DNA of 64,000 nucleotides from Candidatus Thorarchaeota archaeon (GTDB lineage Archaea > Asgardarchaeota > Thorarchaeia > Thorarchaeales > Thorarchaeaceae): the NCBI GenBank assembly GCA_048882325.1, contig JBHLRS010000008.1, forward strand, positions 34,056-98,055, given 5' to 3'. The notes under the pieces were generated by a model. It made no database searches, was not told the DNA's origin, and saw only the letters and a program-made list of their open reading frames with translations. Both the position numbers and the translations under genes were made by a program. Shown here piece after piece: positions 1-9,774 of this stretch; position 1 is the stretch's first letter, and each line of letters opens with the position of its first letter.

Positions 1-501
1 CAATTGATTCAGTCTGTGATTGATGATGAGATGTCAGAATCAAAAATCGAAATCTCAAATGATGAGTTCGAAGGAAAACCGGAAACCATCCTGTTCCTAG
101 ATGCAGCTACTCATTTGTCGAAGTTTAATAGGTCTTTCAAATTCGCGCTAAACCTTCCTGAGAAACACCCCAACATGTCAGTTGCGGCATCATTCTTCAC
201 CGACAGGGAGAAAATAAGTCAAGCACTCCAGGAGGGAGTTCTTGAGTATATGAAAGAGCGTGCATTGATATTCGATCTCCATCCTGCACTCTTTGATATG
301 GCAACAGCACGAATGCCCGTTTCCAAGAAAGCATGGCTCAACGGCAGATTGCAGGAAATGGAAAAGATTCGCTCAGAAGGTGAGGTCGCTTTTCTCGAAT
401 TCTCTAGTACTGACGAGTTCAAATGGGCACTTAGAGTGGTCGACAAACCTGAGAGTGAAGCTCTAGCGAAAATTCGTAGCTGGTTTCGCCGGGGAACCTG
501 A
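1..501 (+). CDS. Hypothetical protein, probably 5'-truncated by the window edge
   Basis: Open frame from base 1 to TGA at 499-501; no recognisable motif. Confidence 0.6.
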   Translation, partial: QLIQSVIDDEMSESKIEISNDEFEGKPETILFLDAATHLSKFNRSFKFALNLPEKHPNMSVAASFFTDREKISQALQEGVLEYMKERALIFDLHPALFDMATARMPVSKKAWLNGRLQEMEKIRSEGEVAFLEFSSTDEFKWALRVVDKPESEALAKIRSWFRRGT

Positions 502-589
502 TAATTATTGGCGCCCGCAAGAGATATAATCAGCCCGAGTTATGTTGTCAAGTGACTCCCGGAGGCAATAATAAGTGACTAAGGGCGAC

Positions 590-988
590 ATGACGCAGGC
601 ACGAGTTATGAAAATCGAGAAGGGTGACAAAATTACCCTGCCGGCGGAATTTGTTGAGAAAATTGGCCAGCAATATGGCCTTGTAATTCTGGTTGTCAAA
701 GATGGTAACGTCAAGATGTACCCTGTTGACAGTAGTAGCGTGATGTATCTCAAGCTGGTCATAGAAAAACTCAGCAAAAGCTTTCTTGAGGAACTAACAA
801 TGGTCTTCATGGAGGTCGGGCTTGAAGATATTCTGTTCACCAGTGGGATTTGTCAAGCGGCTGACGAGTGTTTCTATGAGTGCTATTTCACACCTCAGCA
901 GCTGAATGTGGATGTCAAGAGTCTGGAGAATCGTCTGCGGGGAATAACTGGCGTAAAGGAAGTCATGCTTCACGAAGTGCAGACCTAG
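590..988 (+). CDS. AbrB/SpoVT-like N-terminal domain + ACT-like domain protein (putative regulator)
   Basis: KIEKGDKITLPAEFVEKIG resembles the AbrB swapped hairpin; C-terminal LRGITGVKEV resembles an ACT end; ATG at 590. Confidence 0.55.
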   Translation: MTQARVMKIEKGDKITLPAEFVEKIGQQYGLVILVVKDGNVKMYPVDSSSVMYLKLVIEKLSKSFLEELTMVFMEVGLEDILFTSGICQAADECFYECYFTPQQLNVDVKSLENRLRGITGVKEVMLHEVQT

Positions 989-999
989 TGTTGAGCATC

Positions 1000-2376
1000 A
1001 TGGCAGGTATCGCAGGTCTGCTTGTCACGCGTGAAGGACATGATTCAGATTTCTTGCTACAGAAGATGTCAGAAGCAATCAAGCATAGAAAGTTAGAGTC
1101 TTTCCACACTGCAAAATATAATGACTTAGATTGTATGATTGTTGGACCACGTTCTTTGCAGGGACCGGATGACGAGGTCTTCATCATTGACATGAATCAG
1201 GATCTCGATTTCTCTGCAGAAACCGAGGACATCACTTCAATCTCAGAAACATCAGGGATTGCTACTGTCATTGTTGACAATAATGGTGTTAGTCTTCTCA
1301 GAACTCTAGATGGTACGCGAAGCTTATACTTTGGAAGTAAAGATGACATCTTTGCATTTGCCTCAGAAAGGAAAAGCCTTTGGAGTATTGACATTACATC
1401 AGTACATGCAGTTGAACCTGGTCAGGGAGTCAGATTCACCTGGAATGGAAAGTTAACAGTTGAGAGTTTTGCTACTCTCGAGAAACCTACCAGATCCAAC
1501 GCAACAAAGAAAGAAACATTGAGAACTCTGAAGCGAGAATTACTAGGCTCCATCCAGAGACTCAGGGAGGGCAGCAAGTGTGCAGTGTTATTCTCTGGAG
1601 GTGTTGATAGTTCTCTTGTGGCTGTTCTAGCTGCCAGACAATGCGAGAAGACTTTACTCGTAACAACTAGAGCTGAGGGAACTCATGATGATTCTGCTGC
1701 CACAACAGCAGCAGCTCAATTAGGATTACCCCTTCTAACTGTGGATATGAATTCTCAAGTGATTTGGGAGATCTTGCCTGAGGTTATCCACTCAATTGAA
1801 ACATACAGACAGATGGATGTGGAGATTGCACTACCCTTCTACCTAGCCTCAGAGAGAGCTGCTGAAGAGGGATGTACTACAGTCATCTCAGGTCAAGGAC
1901 CAGATGAGTTGTTCGCGGGGTATGCAAAACATGTCAGGACATACCTTGAGAAAGGTGCTGAAGCTTTGGCAACGCAGCTCTGGAGAGAGGTATCAATTAC
2001 ACACGACGCTAACATCGAGCGTGACGACCGTGCAATAGCAGCTAACGGAGTAGATAGTTTCTTTCCGTATCTTGACCAGAAGTTCGTCACCGCGGCATTA
2101 TCAGTTCCAGTTGAGTGGAAGGTGAACCCTAAAGGGACCCCACAGAGGAAGATCGTTTTCAGAGAGCTTGCTCAACTTATGGGAGTTCCACAGGTAATAG
2201 CTGAAGCGCCAAAGTATGCTACTCAATACAGCTCTGGATCCTCAAAGGCAATCTTAGAGTCAATCGTTGAACATGTCAAGGGATTAAAGGAAATGAGTAA
2301 GAAGACCGCGTCACAAAAAGTCCAAGAAATTCTCTATGAGATTGCTCAAGAAAGTGGGGTGCCACACAGTGAGTAA
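1000..2376 (+). CDS. asnB: Asparagine synthetase B-like protein
   Basis: FSGGVDSS PP-loop, SGQGPDELFAGY, FASERK; start MAGIAG at ATG 1000 corresponds to the usual MCGIAG. Confidence 0.8.
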   Translation: MAGIAGLLVTREGHDSDFLLQKMSEAIKHRKLESFHTAKYNDLDCMIVGPRSLQGPDDEVFIIDMNQDLDFSAETEDITSISETSGIATVIVDNNGVSLLRTLDGTRSLYFGSKDDIFAFASERKSLWSIDITSVHAVEPGQGVRFTWNGKLTVESFATLEKPTRSNATKKETLRTLKRELLGSIQRLREGSKCAVLFSGGVDSSLVAVLAARQCEKTLLVTTRAEGTHDDSAATTAAAQLGLPLLTVDMNSQVIWEILPEVIHSIETYRQMDVEIALPFYLASERAAEEGCTTVISGQGPDELFAGYAKHVRTYLEKGAEALATQLWREVSITHDANIERDDRAIAANGVDSFFPYLDQKFVTAALSVPVEWKVNPKGTPQRKIVFRELAQLMGVPQVIAEAPKYATQYSSGSSKAILESIVEHVKGLKEMSKKTASQKVQEILYEIAQESGVPHSE

Positions 2377-2378
2377 TG

Positions 2379-2597
2379 TTATCCTCCGGCTATCCGTGGA
2401 AGCACAACTACAACATCATTTTCCTTTATCTGATAATCAAGCTGGACTCGCTTACCCTTTATGAGGACAACATGGTCAGATGAAAGATTCAGTTCAATTA
2501 AGAGTTCAGCAACAGTCTTTGGTTCGGTAACAATGAGTCTTTTGATACGAGTCTTGCTGATTGCGTCCGACAAGTGAGTCACCACAGTCAAATTCAC
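2379..2597 (-). CDS. MoaD/ThiS/SAMP-family ubiquitin-like protein
   Basis: 72 aa, beta-grasp pattern, C-terminal LPRIAGG di-glycine. Confidence 0.85.
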   Translation of the reverse strand: MNLTVVTHLSDAISKTRIKRLIVTEPKTVAELLIELNLSSDHVVLIKGKRVQLDYQIKENDVVVVLPRIAGG

Positions 2598-2884
2598 TCA
2601 AAGGCTTATAGGGTTGCTTCACTCAGCATGGAAAATATTCGACAACATTCGAATCAAGAATCAGCAATCATCGGTTTCCATTCGAGCTATTTATTATGCT
2701 GATAGCTAGAAAACACATTGTCGGCAGACTCCAAAGGTGAATCGAAACATTCGAAGAATGCCGTTTGTACCTTGGATGTCGGACAATAAGCTTCATAAGG
2801 GCGTTCAAGCCCAAATCGTAGAATAACTAACTGACGTATAAGAATTCGACATTTAACGAATTGCTAATTGAGGAGAAGAATACT

Positions 2885-3925
2885 ATGGTTGGTATTGTTG
2901 GTTACGGTGTTTACGTACCACGCTATCGAATCAAAACCTCAGATATTGCTGAAGTTTGGGGTGAGGATAGTGCACGAATAGGAAAAGGACTTGGTGTATT
3001 TGAAAAGTCTGTGCCAGGACCAGATGAAGATGTTGCCACAATCTCAGTTGAGGCTGCAAGAAATGCTGTGAAGAGAGCTGATATTGATCCAGTAGACATC
3101 GGAGCCATATATGTTGGGTCAGAATCGCATCCATATGCAGTCAAACCAACAGGAACAATTGTGTCGGAAGCAATCGGATGTTCGCACGAGATGACTTGCG
3201 CAGACTATGAGTTTGCATGCAAGGCAGGTACTGCAGCAATTCAAACAACAATGGGACTAGTAAAGTCAAAGATGATCAAACTAGGTCTTGCGATTGGGTC
3301 AGATACCGCTCAAGGAAGACCTGGTGATGCACTAGAGTATTCAGCTGCTGCAGGAGGCGCGGCATTCATCATAGGGATGAAGAATATAATTGCCACAATA
3401 GAAGACACAGTTTCCTTCACAACGGACACTCCTGATTTCTGGAGGCGTGAGGGCGAGGACTTCCCAAGCCATGGTGCCCGATTCACTGGCGAACCCGCCT
3501 ACTTCAGACATGTTGGTGAAGGAGCACGGCTTTTATTCAAGAAGACAAAGACCACAGTCGATGATTACGATTACTTCGTTTTTCACATGCCAAATGGCAA
3601 GTTCCCAATAGCTATGGGAGGACAACTAAAAGTCCCACCTGAGAAGCTGGAGGACAGCCTTGTAGTACGTCAGATTGGAAACACTTACTCTGGATCAGCC
3701 ATGATCGGTCTTGCTCGAATTTTGGATATTGCTAAACCAGGATCCAAGATATTCATGGTTGCTTATGGTTCTGGAGCAGGAAGCGATGCATTCTCAATCA
3801 CTGTGGAGGATGCGATTGAGGATCGTCGCGGTGAAGTACCTACAGTGGACGATTACATAGAGAGGAAAACATACGTCGACTACGCGACTTATGCAAAATA
3901 CCGACGTAAAATCAAAGCATTGTAG
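2885..3925 (+). CDS. hmgS: Archaeal hydroxymethylglutaryl-CoA synthase
   Basis: [20 protein letters not shown] catalytic Cys, [16 protein letters not shown]; ATG 2885 after GAGG. Confidence 0.95.
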   Translation: MVGIVGYGVYVPRYRIKTSDIAEVWGEDSARIGKGLGVFEKSVPGPDEDVATISVEAARNAVKRADIDPVDIGAIYVGSESHPYAVKPTGTIVSEAIGCSHEMTCADYEFACKAGTAAIQTTMGLVKSKMIKLGLAIGSDTAQGRPGDALEYSAAAGGAAFIIGMKNIIATIEDTVSFTTDTPDFWRREGEDFPSHGARFTGEPAYFRHVGEGARLLFKKTKTTVDDYDYFVFHMPNGKFPIAMGGQLKVPPEKLEDSLVVRQIGNTYSGSAMIGLARILDIAKPGSKIFMVAYGSGAGSDAFSITVEDAIEDRRGEVPTVDDYIERKTYVDYATYAKYRRKIKAL

Positions 3926-3933
3926 GAGGTTTC

Positions 3934-5097
3934 ATGATGAGTGAGAGAGTAGCGATTATCGGTGTAGGAATGTGCAAGTTTGGTGAACTTTGGGATCAAA
4001 ACCTTCGAGACATCACTTTGGAAGCGGGGATGTATGCAATCTTTGATTCAGGAGTGAAGGGATCGGATATCGATGGCATGGTCATTGGAAATATGAGTGC
4101 TGGTCGTTTCACTGGACAAGAACACCTTGGAGCCCAAGCTGCTGATATGGGAGGATTGGGAGATATGGCAGCCTACAGTGTTGAAGCAGCCTGCGCGAGC
4201 GGAGGTGCTGCTGTCCGTCAGGCATACATGGCTATCAAATCGGGAGAGCACAATGTCATGCTGGTCCTTGGTACTGAGAAGATGAGTGACGTCAGTCAGA
4301 CTGAAGCAATGAACACTATCTCAGTTGCCTCAGACTGGGAAAATGAAGGCATGTTTGGGGCCACTTTCCCGGCGCTTTATGCTTTTATGGCACGACGACA
4401 CATGAAAGAGTTTGGAACAACCGAAGAGCAGCTGGCTATGCCAACAGTCAAGAATCACGCAAATGCAGTGCATAATGAGTTGGCACAATTTCAGAGAGCC
4501 GTACCAATTGAGGTTGTGATGAAATCAGGATTACTAGCGGACCCACTCCGGGTTCTTCACTCAGCACCTGTAACTGATGGTGCGGCAGGTCTAGTAATGT
4601 GTAGGGAAGACCTTGCCAAGAAGTACTCAGACACTCCTGTCTTCATCGAGTCCTCAGAACAGCGAAGTGACACGCTTGCCCTTCATGATAGAGAGTCTAT
4701 CACGACAATGAACGCGGTCGTAAATTCTACACGATCTGCGTTGAAAGAAGCTAAACTAGAACTCAAGGATATAGATGTGTTCGAGCTCCATGACAGCTTC
4801 TCAATTGGCGAGATCATTCTCACAGAGGATGTAGGCATTGCCAAGAAAGGAGAGGGTGGAAAGGCTTTGGATGAAGGACTCACAGAGATTGGTGGTAAGT
4901 TCCCAGTTAACACATCTGGCGGGTTGAAAGCAAGAGGACATCCAATAGGAGCAACAGGAGTTGCTCAAATTGTCGAGCTATCTTTGCAGCTCAGAGGTGA
5001 TGCTGAAAAGCGGCAAGTAGACGGTGCAGAGAAGGGACTTGCTGTGAATATCGGAGGAACAGGTGCTACATCTATAACGCACATTCTAGGGAGATGA
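3934..5097 (+). CDS. Acetoacetyl-CoA thiolase (archaeal type)
   Basis: VEAACASGG, ELHDSF, NTSGGLKARGHPIGATG; lies between HMGS and DUF35. Confidence 0.93.
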   Translation: MMSERVAIIGVGMCKFGELWDQNLRDITLEAGMYAIFDSGVKGSDIDGMVIGNMSAGRFTGQEHLGAQAADMGGLGDMAAYSVEAACASGGAAVRQAYMAIKSGEHNVMLVLGTEKMSDVSQTEAMNTISVASDWENEGMFGATFPALYAFMARRHMKEFGTTEEQLAMPTVKNHANAVHNELAQFQRAVPIEVVMKSGLLADPLRVLHSAPVTDGAAGLVMCREDLAKKYSDTPVFIESSEQRSDTLALHDRESITTMNAVVNSTRSALKEAKLELKDIDVFELHDSFSIGEIILTEDVGIAKKGEGGKALDEGLTEIGGKFPVNTSGGLKARGHPIGATGVAQIVELSLQLRGDAEKRQVDGAEKGLAVNIGGTGATSITHILGR

Positions 5098-5103
5098 TAA
5101 GAC

Positions 5104-5529
5104 ATGGCAGAACAAGGCGTAGCTCAAGTCTGGAGGCGAATCAGATCAATCTACAACGTTCAAGGTAATAAATGCGAAACGTGTGAAACTCACTATTTCC
5201 CGCCAAGACCCGTCTGCCCCAAGTGTAGAAGGAAGGGAAAACTTGTAGATTACCAGTTTAAAGGACTCGGTTCAATCTATTCATTCGCAATTGTTCGACA
5301 AGCTCCTGATGACTTCAAGCGACAGGTACCCTATGTCATTGCACAAGTCGAACTGGATGAAGGCACACGATTAACAGCTCAGATTGTCAACGTTGACCTA
5401 GGAGATGTTGAAATCGGAATGCGAGTTCGTGCCTGTTTCAGGAAAATCAAGGAGTTTGGTCAAGGCGGAGTCATTGTGTATGGTTACAAGTTTGAACCTA
5501 CAATGAAAGTCACTGGACATGATGATTAG
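5104..5529 (+). CDS. DUF35 Zn-ribbon/OB-fold scaffold of the thiolase-HMGS complex
   Basis: CETC...FPPRPVCPKC, OB fold, YGYKF end; canonical gene order. Confidence 0.93.
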   Translation: MAEQGVAQVWRRIRSIYNVQGNKCETCETHYFPPRPVCPKCRRKGKLVDYQFKGLGSIYSFAIVRQAPDDFKRQVPYVIAQVELDEGTRLTAQIVNVDLGDVEIGMRVRACFRKIKEFGQGGVIVYGYKFEPTMKVTGHDD

Positions 5530-5660
5530 ACTTAGAAATCAGACTCTGTGATGAACCATTTACAGTGTGTAACATAATTGGGAAATTCAATCATAGCACT
5601 CAAATTGAGTAAGATTGATTCTAATGTCAATATAGGAACTCAGCAAAAGGTGAAATCGAT

Positions 5661-6938
5661 ATGATTTTTGAAACAGCCTTTACGATGGATAGCTCCAGCA
5701 TCAAATTTGGTCCTGGTGTCACCAAAGAAGTAGGCTATGACATGAAGAAACTTGGCTCAAGCCGAATTCTAGTGGTTACCGATTCAAATTTGACTGAAAG
5801 TGAACCAGTGAAGGTAGCCATCGAGTCTTTAAGAAATGAGGGTTTAGAAGCAGTTCTATTTGATCGGACTCGGGTCGAACCTACTGATGGGTCATTTAGA
5901 GATGTGATTAAGTTCGCAGCAAAAGGAAACTTTGATGGATTTCTTGGGGTTGGTGGTGGTTCGAGTATGGATACTGCCAAAGTTGCAAATTTATATTCCA
6001 CCTATCCAGCAGATTTCTTGGATTATGTTAATCGGCCAATCGGTAAAGGGATTCCAGTTCCTGGACCATTAAGACCTATGATTGCTATTCCGACTACAGC
6101 TGGAACAGGGAGTGAAACAACAGGTGTGGCCATTTTTGATTTAGAGAAGATGCATGTGAAAACAGGAATTGCCCACCGCGCATTGCGACCAGATATGGGA
6201 ATTGTAGATCCAAATAATACTAGAACCGTACCAAAGATCATCACAGCGACCTGTGGATTTGACGTTCTTTGTCACGCATTGGAATCTATAACAGCTCTAC
6301 CCTATGACAGTCGCCCTGCTCCAGAAAGTCTTGATTTGAGACCAGCTTATCAAGGTGCTAATCCAATCAGTCACTTATGGGCATCAAAAGCAGTAGAAAT
6401 GGTCTCTCAAAACATTATTCGTGTCGTCCAAAACTCTAATGATGATGAGGCACGATCTAATATGATTCTGGCTGCAACATATGCAGGGATAGGATTTGGA
6501 AATGCTGGTGTACATCTTGCTCATGGAATGTCGTATCCTGTATCTGGTATGGTCAGAGAATATATTCCTGAGGGCCTTAAATCAGACCATCCAATAATTC
6601 CCCATGGGATGGGTGTTGCTTTAGTTTCACCAGCAGTGTTTCGTTATACGTCAGAAACAAATCCAGAATTACATCTATCTGCAGCCAAATTGATGGGAGT
6701 TGATACAACTGGAGCAGATCCGAAGGATGCTGGTGAAATTCTCGTGAGCAGATTCATCGAGTTAATGAAAGCTACTGGAATGCCAAATGGTCTTTCTGCA
6801 GTGGGATTTAGCGAGAGCGATGTTGAGGATCTGGTTCAAGGTACATTGCCTCAACATCGAGTGACCAAATTATCTCCTCGACCAGCTAATGCCGAAGATT
6901 TGAGAATGATGTTTGAAGAATCGATGACAATTTGGTAG
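5661..6938 (+). CDS. Hydroxyacid-oxoacid transhydrogenase (Fe-ADH family)
   Basis: GGGSSMDTAK, PTTAGTGSETT, RPAYQGANP, GVHLAHGMSYPVSG, PHG. Confidence 0.9.
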   Translation: MIFETAFTMDSSSIKFGPGVTKEVGYDMKKLGSSRILVVTDSNLTESEPVKVAIESLRNEGLEAVLFDRTRVEPTDGSFRDVIKFAAKGNFDGFLGVGGGSSMDTAKVANLYSTYPADFLDYVNRPIGKGIPVPGPLRPMIAIPTTAGTGSETTGVAIFDLEKMHVKTGIAHRALRPDMGIVDPNNTRTVPKIITATCGFDVLCHALESITALPYDSRPAPESLDLRPAYQGANPISHLWASKAVEMVSQNIIRVVQNSNDDEARSNMILAATYAGIGFGNAGVHLAHGMSYPVSGMVREYIPEGLKSDHPIIPHGMGVALVSPAVFRYTSETNPELHLSAAKLMGVDTTGADPKDAGEILVSRFIELMKATGMPNGLSAVGFSESDVEDLVQGTLPQHRVTKLSPRPANAEDLRMMFEESMTIW

Positions 6939-6950
6939 TAGATCATTCCT

Positions 6951-7637
6951 TCAGGTCATCTTCGTATCCCAATAATCTATCTCCGTGATTGATTTATTGA
7001 TAGGTAGTGCAACGTTCCAAATAGTCGTTGCACCAATCTCAACTTTCTCTCTAGGTGCATCATGAAGATGTCCATGTATAATGGCGTTTGGAGGATACTG
7101 ACTCACTGCTTCTGCGACCCACCATGTATATTCACTTGGTCTTGTTTCTTGAAGAGGACTAAAGTGCATTAACAGAATGACAATGTTTCCAGATCCTTTT
7201 GCACTTCGTAGAAGGCGTTTAAGCTGCTTTGCCCGTTCTTCGAAGACACCTCGGATTTCAACGGATGATTCTGAAGAAAGATTTGAGACCACAACTGACA
7301 TCCCTATTATGGTGACACTTGACTTTGCAATCGTGATCGTGACAGAGTCGTCATCCAACAGTGTAACTCTTCCTTCTGTCAGAGCAGCTAATTCGTCTCG
7401 ATGAATTGGAGGGTCTTCATTCCCAAAACACGCAATGAGTGGAACATCTTGACCAAATTGCACCTCAACAGCATCTAGAACATTTGTGTATTCATCGATT
7501 TTTCCACGGTTGATCATGTCGCCTGCAAAGAGGAAGAGATCTGGTTTGTTGCATTTTGAGAGTGCCAAATTAAATTCATTCAGATATCGCGGACAATGAA
7601 CATCCGCAATTGCAGCAATTCTAATTGGGTTCATCAC
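6951..7637 (-). CDS. Calcineurin-like metallophosphoesterase (paralog 2)
   Basis: ADVH, AGD, GNED, MH, HGHLH. Confidence 0.85.
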   Translation of the reverse strand: MMNPIRIAAIADVHCPRYLNEFNLALSKCNKPDLFLFAGDMINRGKIDEYTNVLDAVEVQFGQDVPLIACFGNEDPPIHRDELAALTEGRVTLLDDDSVTITIAKSSVTIIGMSVVVSNLSSESSVEIRGVFEERAKQLKRLLRSAKGSGNIVILLMHFSPLQETRPSEYTWWVAEAVSQYPPNAIIHGHLHDAPREKVEIGATTIWNVALPINKSITEIDYWDTKMT

Positions 7638-8410
7638 TGATCAATATCCCAGATGTTCAATTCAGTGATAGCACCTACAGCAGGAAATGACACATTCCTG
7701 ATGATTGAAGCCCCTATCTTCACCTCATGTCGTGTTGAGTTGTGAACATGTCCATGAATGACAAGATCGGGTTGGTGGTTGACAACCACGCTGTAAAACT
7801 TCCGGCTGCCCAACCATGAAAATGCAGTTATGTCCTCACCCTCACAGGTTTCCAGACAGGGGCTATAATGCATTAGTAGAACCTGATAATCCACATTCCC
7901 TTTCATCTTCCTCAAAAGGGACGCAGCCCTCCGCGCCCTTCGCTCAAACACCCCTTTCACACTGGGAATGTTCCTTCGTTGCCAACTAGTCGCTTTGTCT
8001 AGAGATCCCTGTGTTCCCACAATACCTATCTTCTTCCCATCGAACGCGAACGTGTGTGACTTCTCATCGAGTAAAACCATTCGATCGCCAACAAAAGATA
8101 GGATATCTTTTCGAACCTCGTTATACTCTTCGTTTCCAAAGCAACCAATAATTGGGAATTCAGTTCCTATTGTCTGCTCAATGGTATCTAGTACATTTTT
8201 GTACTCCTCTGCATTCCCACGATTTATCATATCCCCTGCAAACAAGAACGCATCTGGTTGCTCGTGTTGAGCAAGAGCCTTTGCAAACTCGTCGAGGTAT
8301 CGGGGGCTATGAATATCTGCAACTGCTAGTAATTTCACCTTAGCCACTTGTCTGTATGATAAGGCGTAATGGCCAAACAAGGATATTAACTGTTTGAAGT
8401 GGTAATCCAA
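7634..8410 (-). CDS. Calcineurin-like metallophosphoesterase (paralog 1; true start probably near 8348)
   Basis: ADIH, AGD, GNEE, MH, HGHVH; overlaps paralog 2 by 4 nt. Confidence 0.85.
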   Translation of the reverse strand: MDYHFKQLISLFGHYALSYRQVAKVKLLAVADIHSPRYLDEFAKALAQHEQPDAFLFAGDMINRGNAEEYKNVLDTIEQTIGTEFPIIGCFGNEEYNEVRKDILSFVGDRMVLLDEKSHTFAFDGKKIGIVGTQGSLDKATSWQRRNIPSVKGVFERRARRAASLLRKMKGNVDYQVLLMHYSPCLETCEGEDITAFSWLGSRKFYSVVVNHQPDLVIHGHVHNSTRHEVKIGASIIRNVSFPAVGAITELNIWDIDQ

Positions 8411-8489
8411 CTGGACAGCAAATAGGCGTTTTCTTTAATACAAGGATGTCATTACTTGTCTTGCTAGTTTCTCATAGGTTGGGTGATTA

Positions 8490-9722
8490 ATGGTGGGTGA
8501 AAACGAAACAAGATATCATACTCCATTGCTTTTAAGATCAGGATTTCTCCATAGTTACAAACGAACAATTCCGGTGATACTTCTCTGGTTAGCTCTTAAC
8601 GTTCTAACGTATTGGCAAATGGGAGTTCTTGGATTTCTGCAGGGTGATATTTGGACCTATTTGTTCCTACCCCTCTTCATAATGGTTGTTCACATTGCTA
8701 GAAAAGCAGTATCGGGTTATGATGATCTCTTTGGTGTACTGGATCCTGAATTCGAGAAGAAATTAAAGCTCTACAAATCCCTTGATCTACCTGTGGATAC
8801 TGTCAATCAGGAAAGAATCAGAACGATCTTCATTGATGATGGAAATTATAGGAAGTTCAAGGATGATGTTAGGAGATTGCTCTTCCATGGCGTTGAACGC
8901 TACTTTGTGTTAGCAATCATCATTGCCAGTCCTTTAGTCGCATACTTCTATGTGGATGCATATCTCTTTGTGGGAGTCTATGGTGTCACTGACCCCCTGA
9001 TTTGGTTGTACATCTATATCGCGACGAACCTCACAATCGGACTCGCAATTGTTTGTTGCCTAGCATCATTAGTCTGGATTGTCTTCTCCATGATTATGAG
9101 TATTTCAAAGCTGGAGAACTATAAAGACAGTTTCAAGATATCTAACTACATCCAGCTTTTAAGAGGGGAGAAACTCGAATCTTTGGACCGTGTAATGGGG
9201 TATGATACATTCTATGAACAGACTACTGCAATCGGTTCTTTCATCTATGGTCTCACTTTGAGGTCGCTAATCATAGTGATCGCATATGCTTTGAACCTCA
9301 TATTCTTCAGTTTTCTTAATCAATTGCAACTTGGATTGGGATTGTATGGGATAGGATTGTCTATTGTTGTCTTCTCAGTAATTCTATTCATGTGGCCACA
9401 ACTGGGTCTTCACAATTTACTGAACAAGCGAAAGAAAGAGATTCTTCGAGAACTGGTCCTCAAGCAGGATTCACTTGATACAGAGGTTATGTTCATCACA
9501 TCCAAGTTCAGTGATTCCAATCAGTCAGGTCTCGCACTAGATGCAGCATCTTTGAAACGGGAGGCTTCTGAGCGTGTCGGCAGTATCTACCGAAATGTCA
9601 AAGCTAGAAGTACATGGGGATTCGAGATTACGACATTCATCAAATTCGTGAGCACCTCAGCTGTACCATTGATTTCAACTGCTTTAAGCTCTTTAGCGGA
9701 GGGTTTGTTACCGTCACCATAG
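8490..9722 (+). CDS. Multi-pass membrane protein of unknown function
   Basis: About 6-7 hydrophobic segments. Confidence 0.7.
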   Translation: MVGENETRYHTPLLLRSGFLHSYKRTIPVILLWLALNVLTYWQMGVLGFLQGDIWTYLFLPLFIMVVHIARKAVSGYDDLFGVLDPEFEKKLKLYKSLDLPVDTVNQERIRTIFIDDGNYRKFKDDVRRLLFHGVERYFVLAIIIASPLVAYFYVDAYLFVGVYGVTDPLIWLYIYIATNLTIGLAIVCCLASLVWIVFSMIMSISKLENYKDSFKISNYIQLLRGEKLESLDRVMGYDTFYEQTTAIGSFIYGLTLRSLIIVIAYALNLIFFSFLNQLQLGLGLYGIGLSIVVFSVILFMWPQLGLHNLLNKRKKEILRELVLKQDSLDTEVMFITSKFSDSNQSGLALDAASLKREASERVGSIYRNVKARSTWGFEITTFIKFVSTSAVPLISTALSSLAEGLLPSP

Positions 9723-9774
9723 AACTGGGTAAGATATTTAGTGCTCCAGTGAGTCTAGGTGTGTTGTGTAACAA

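Noticed and set aside
880-999. N-terminal extension of the AsnB ORF
   Set aside because: Overlaps the upstream gene; homology begins at ATG 1000
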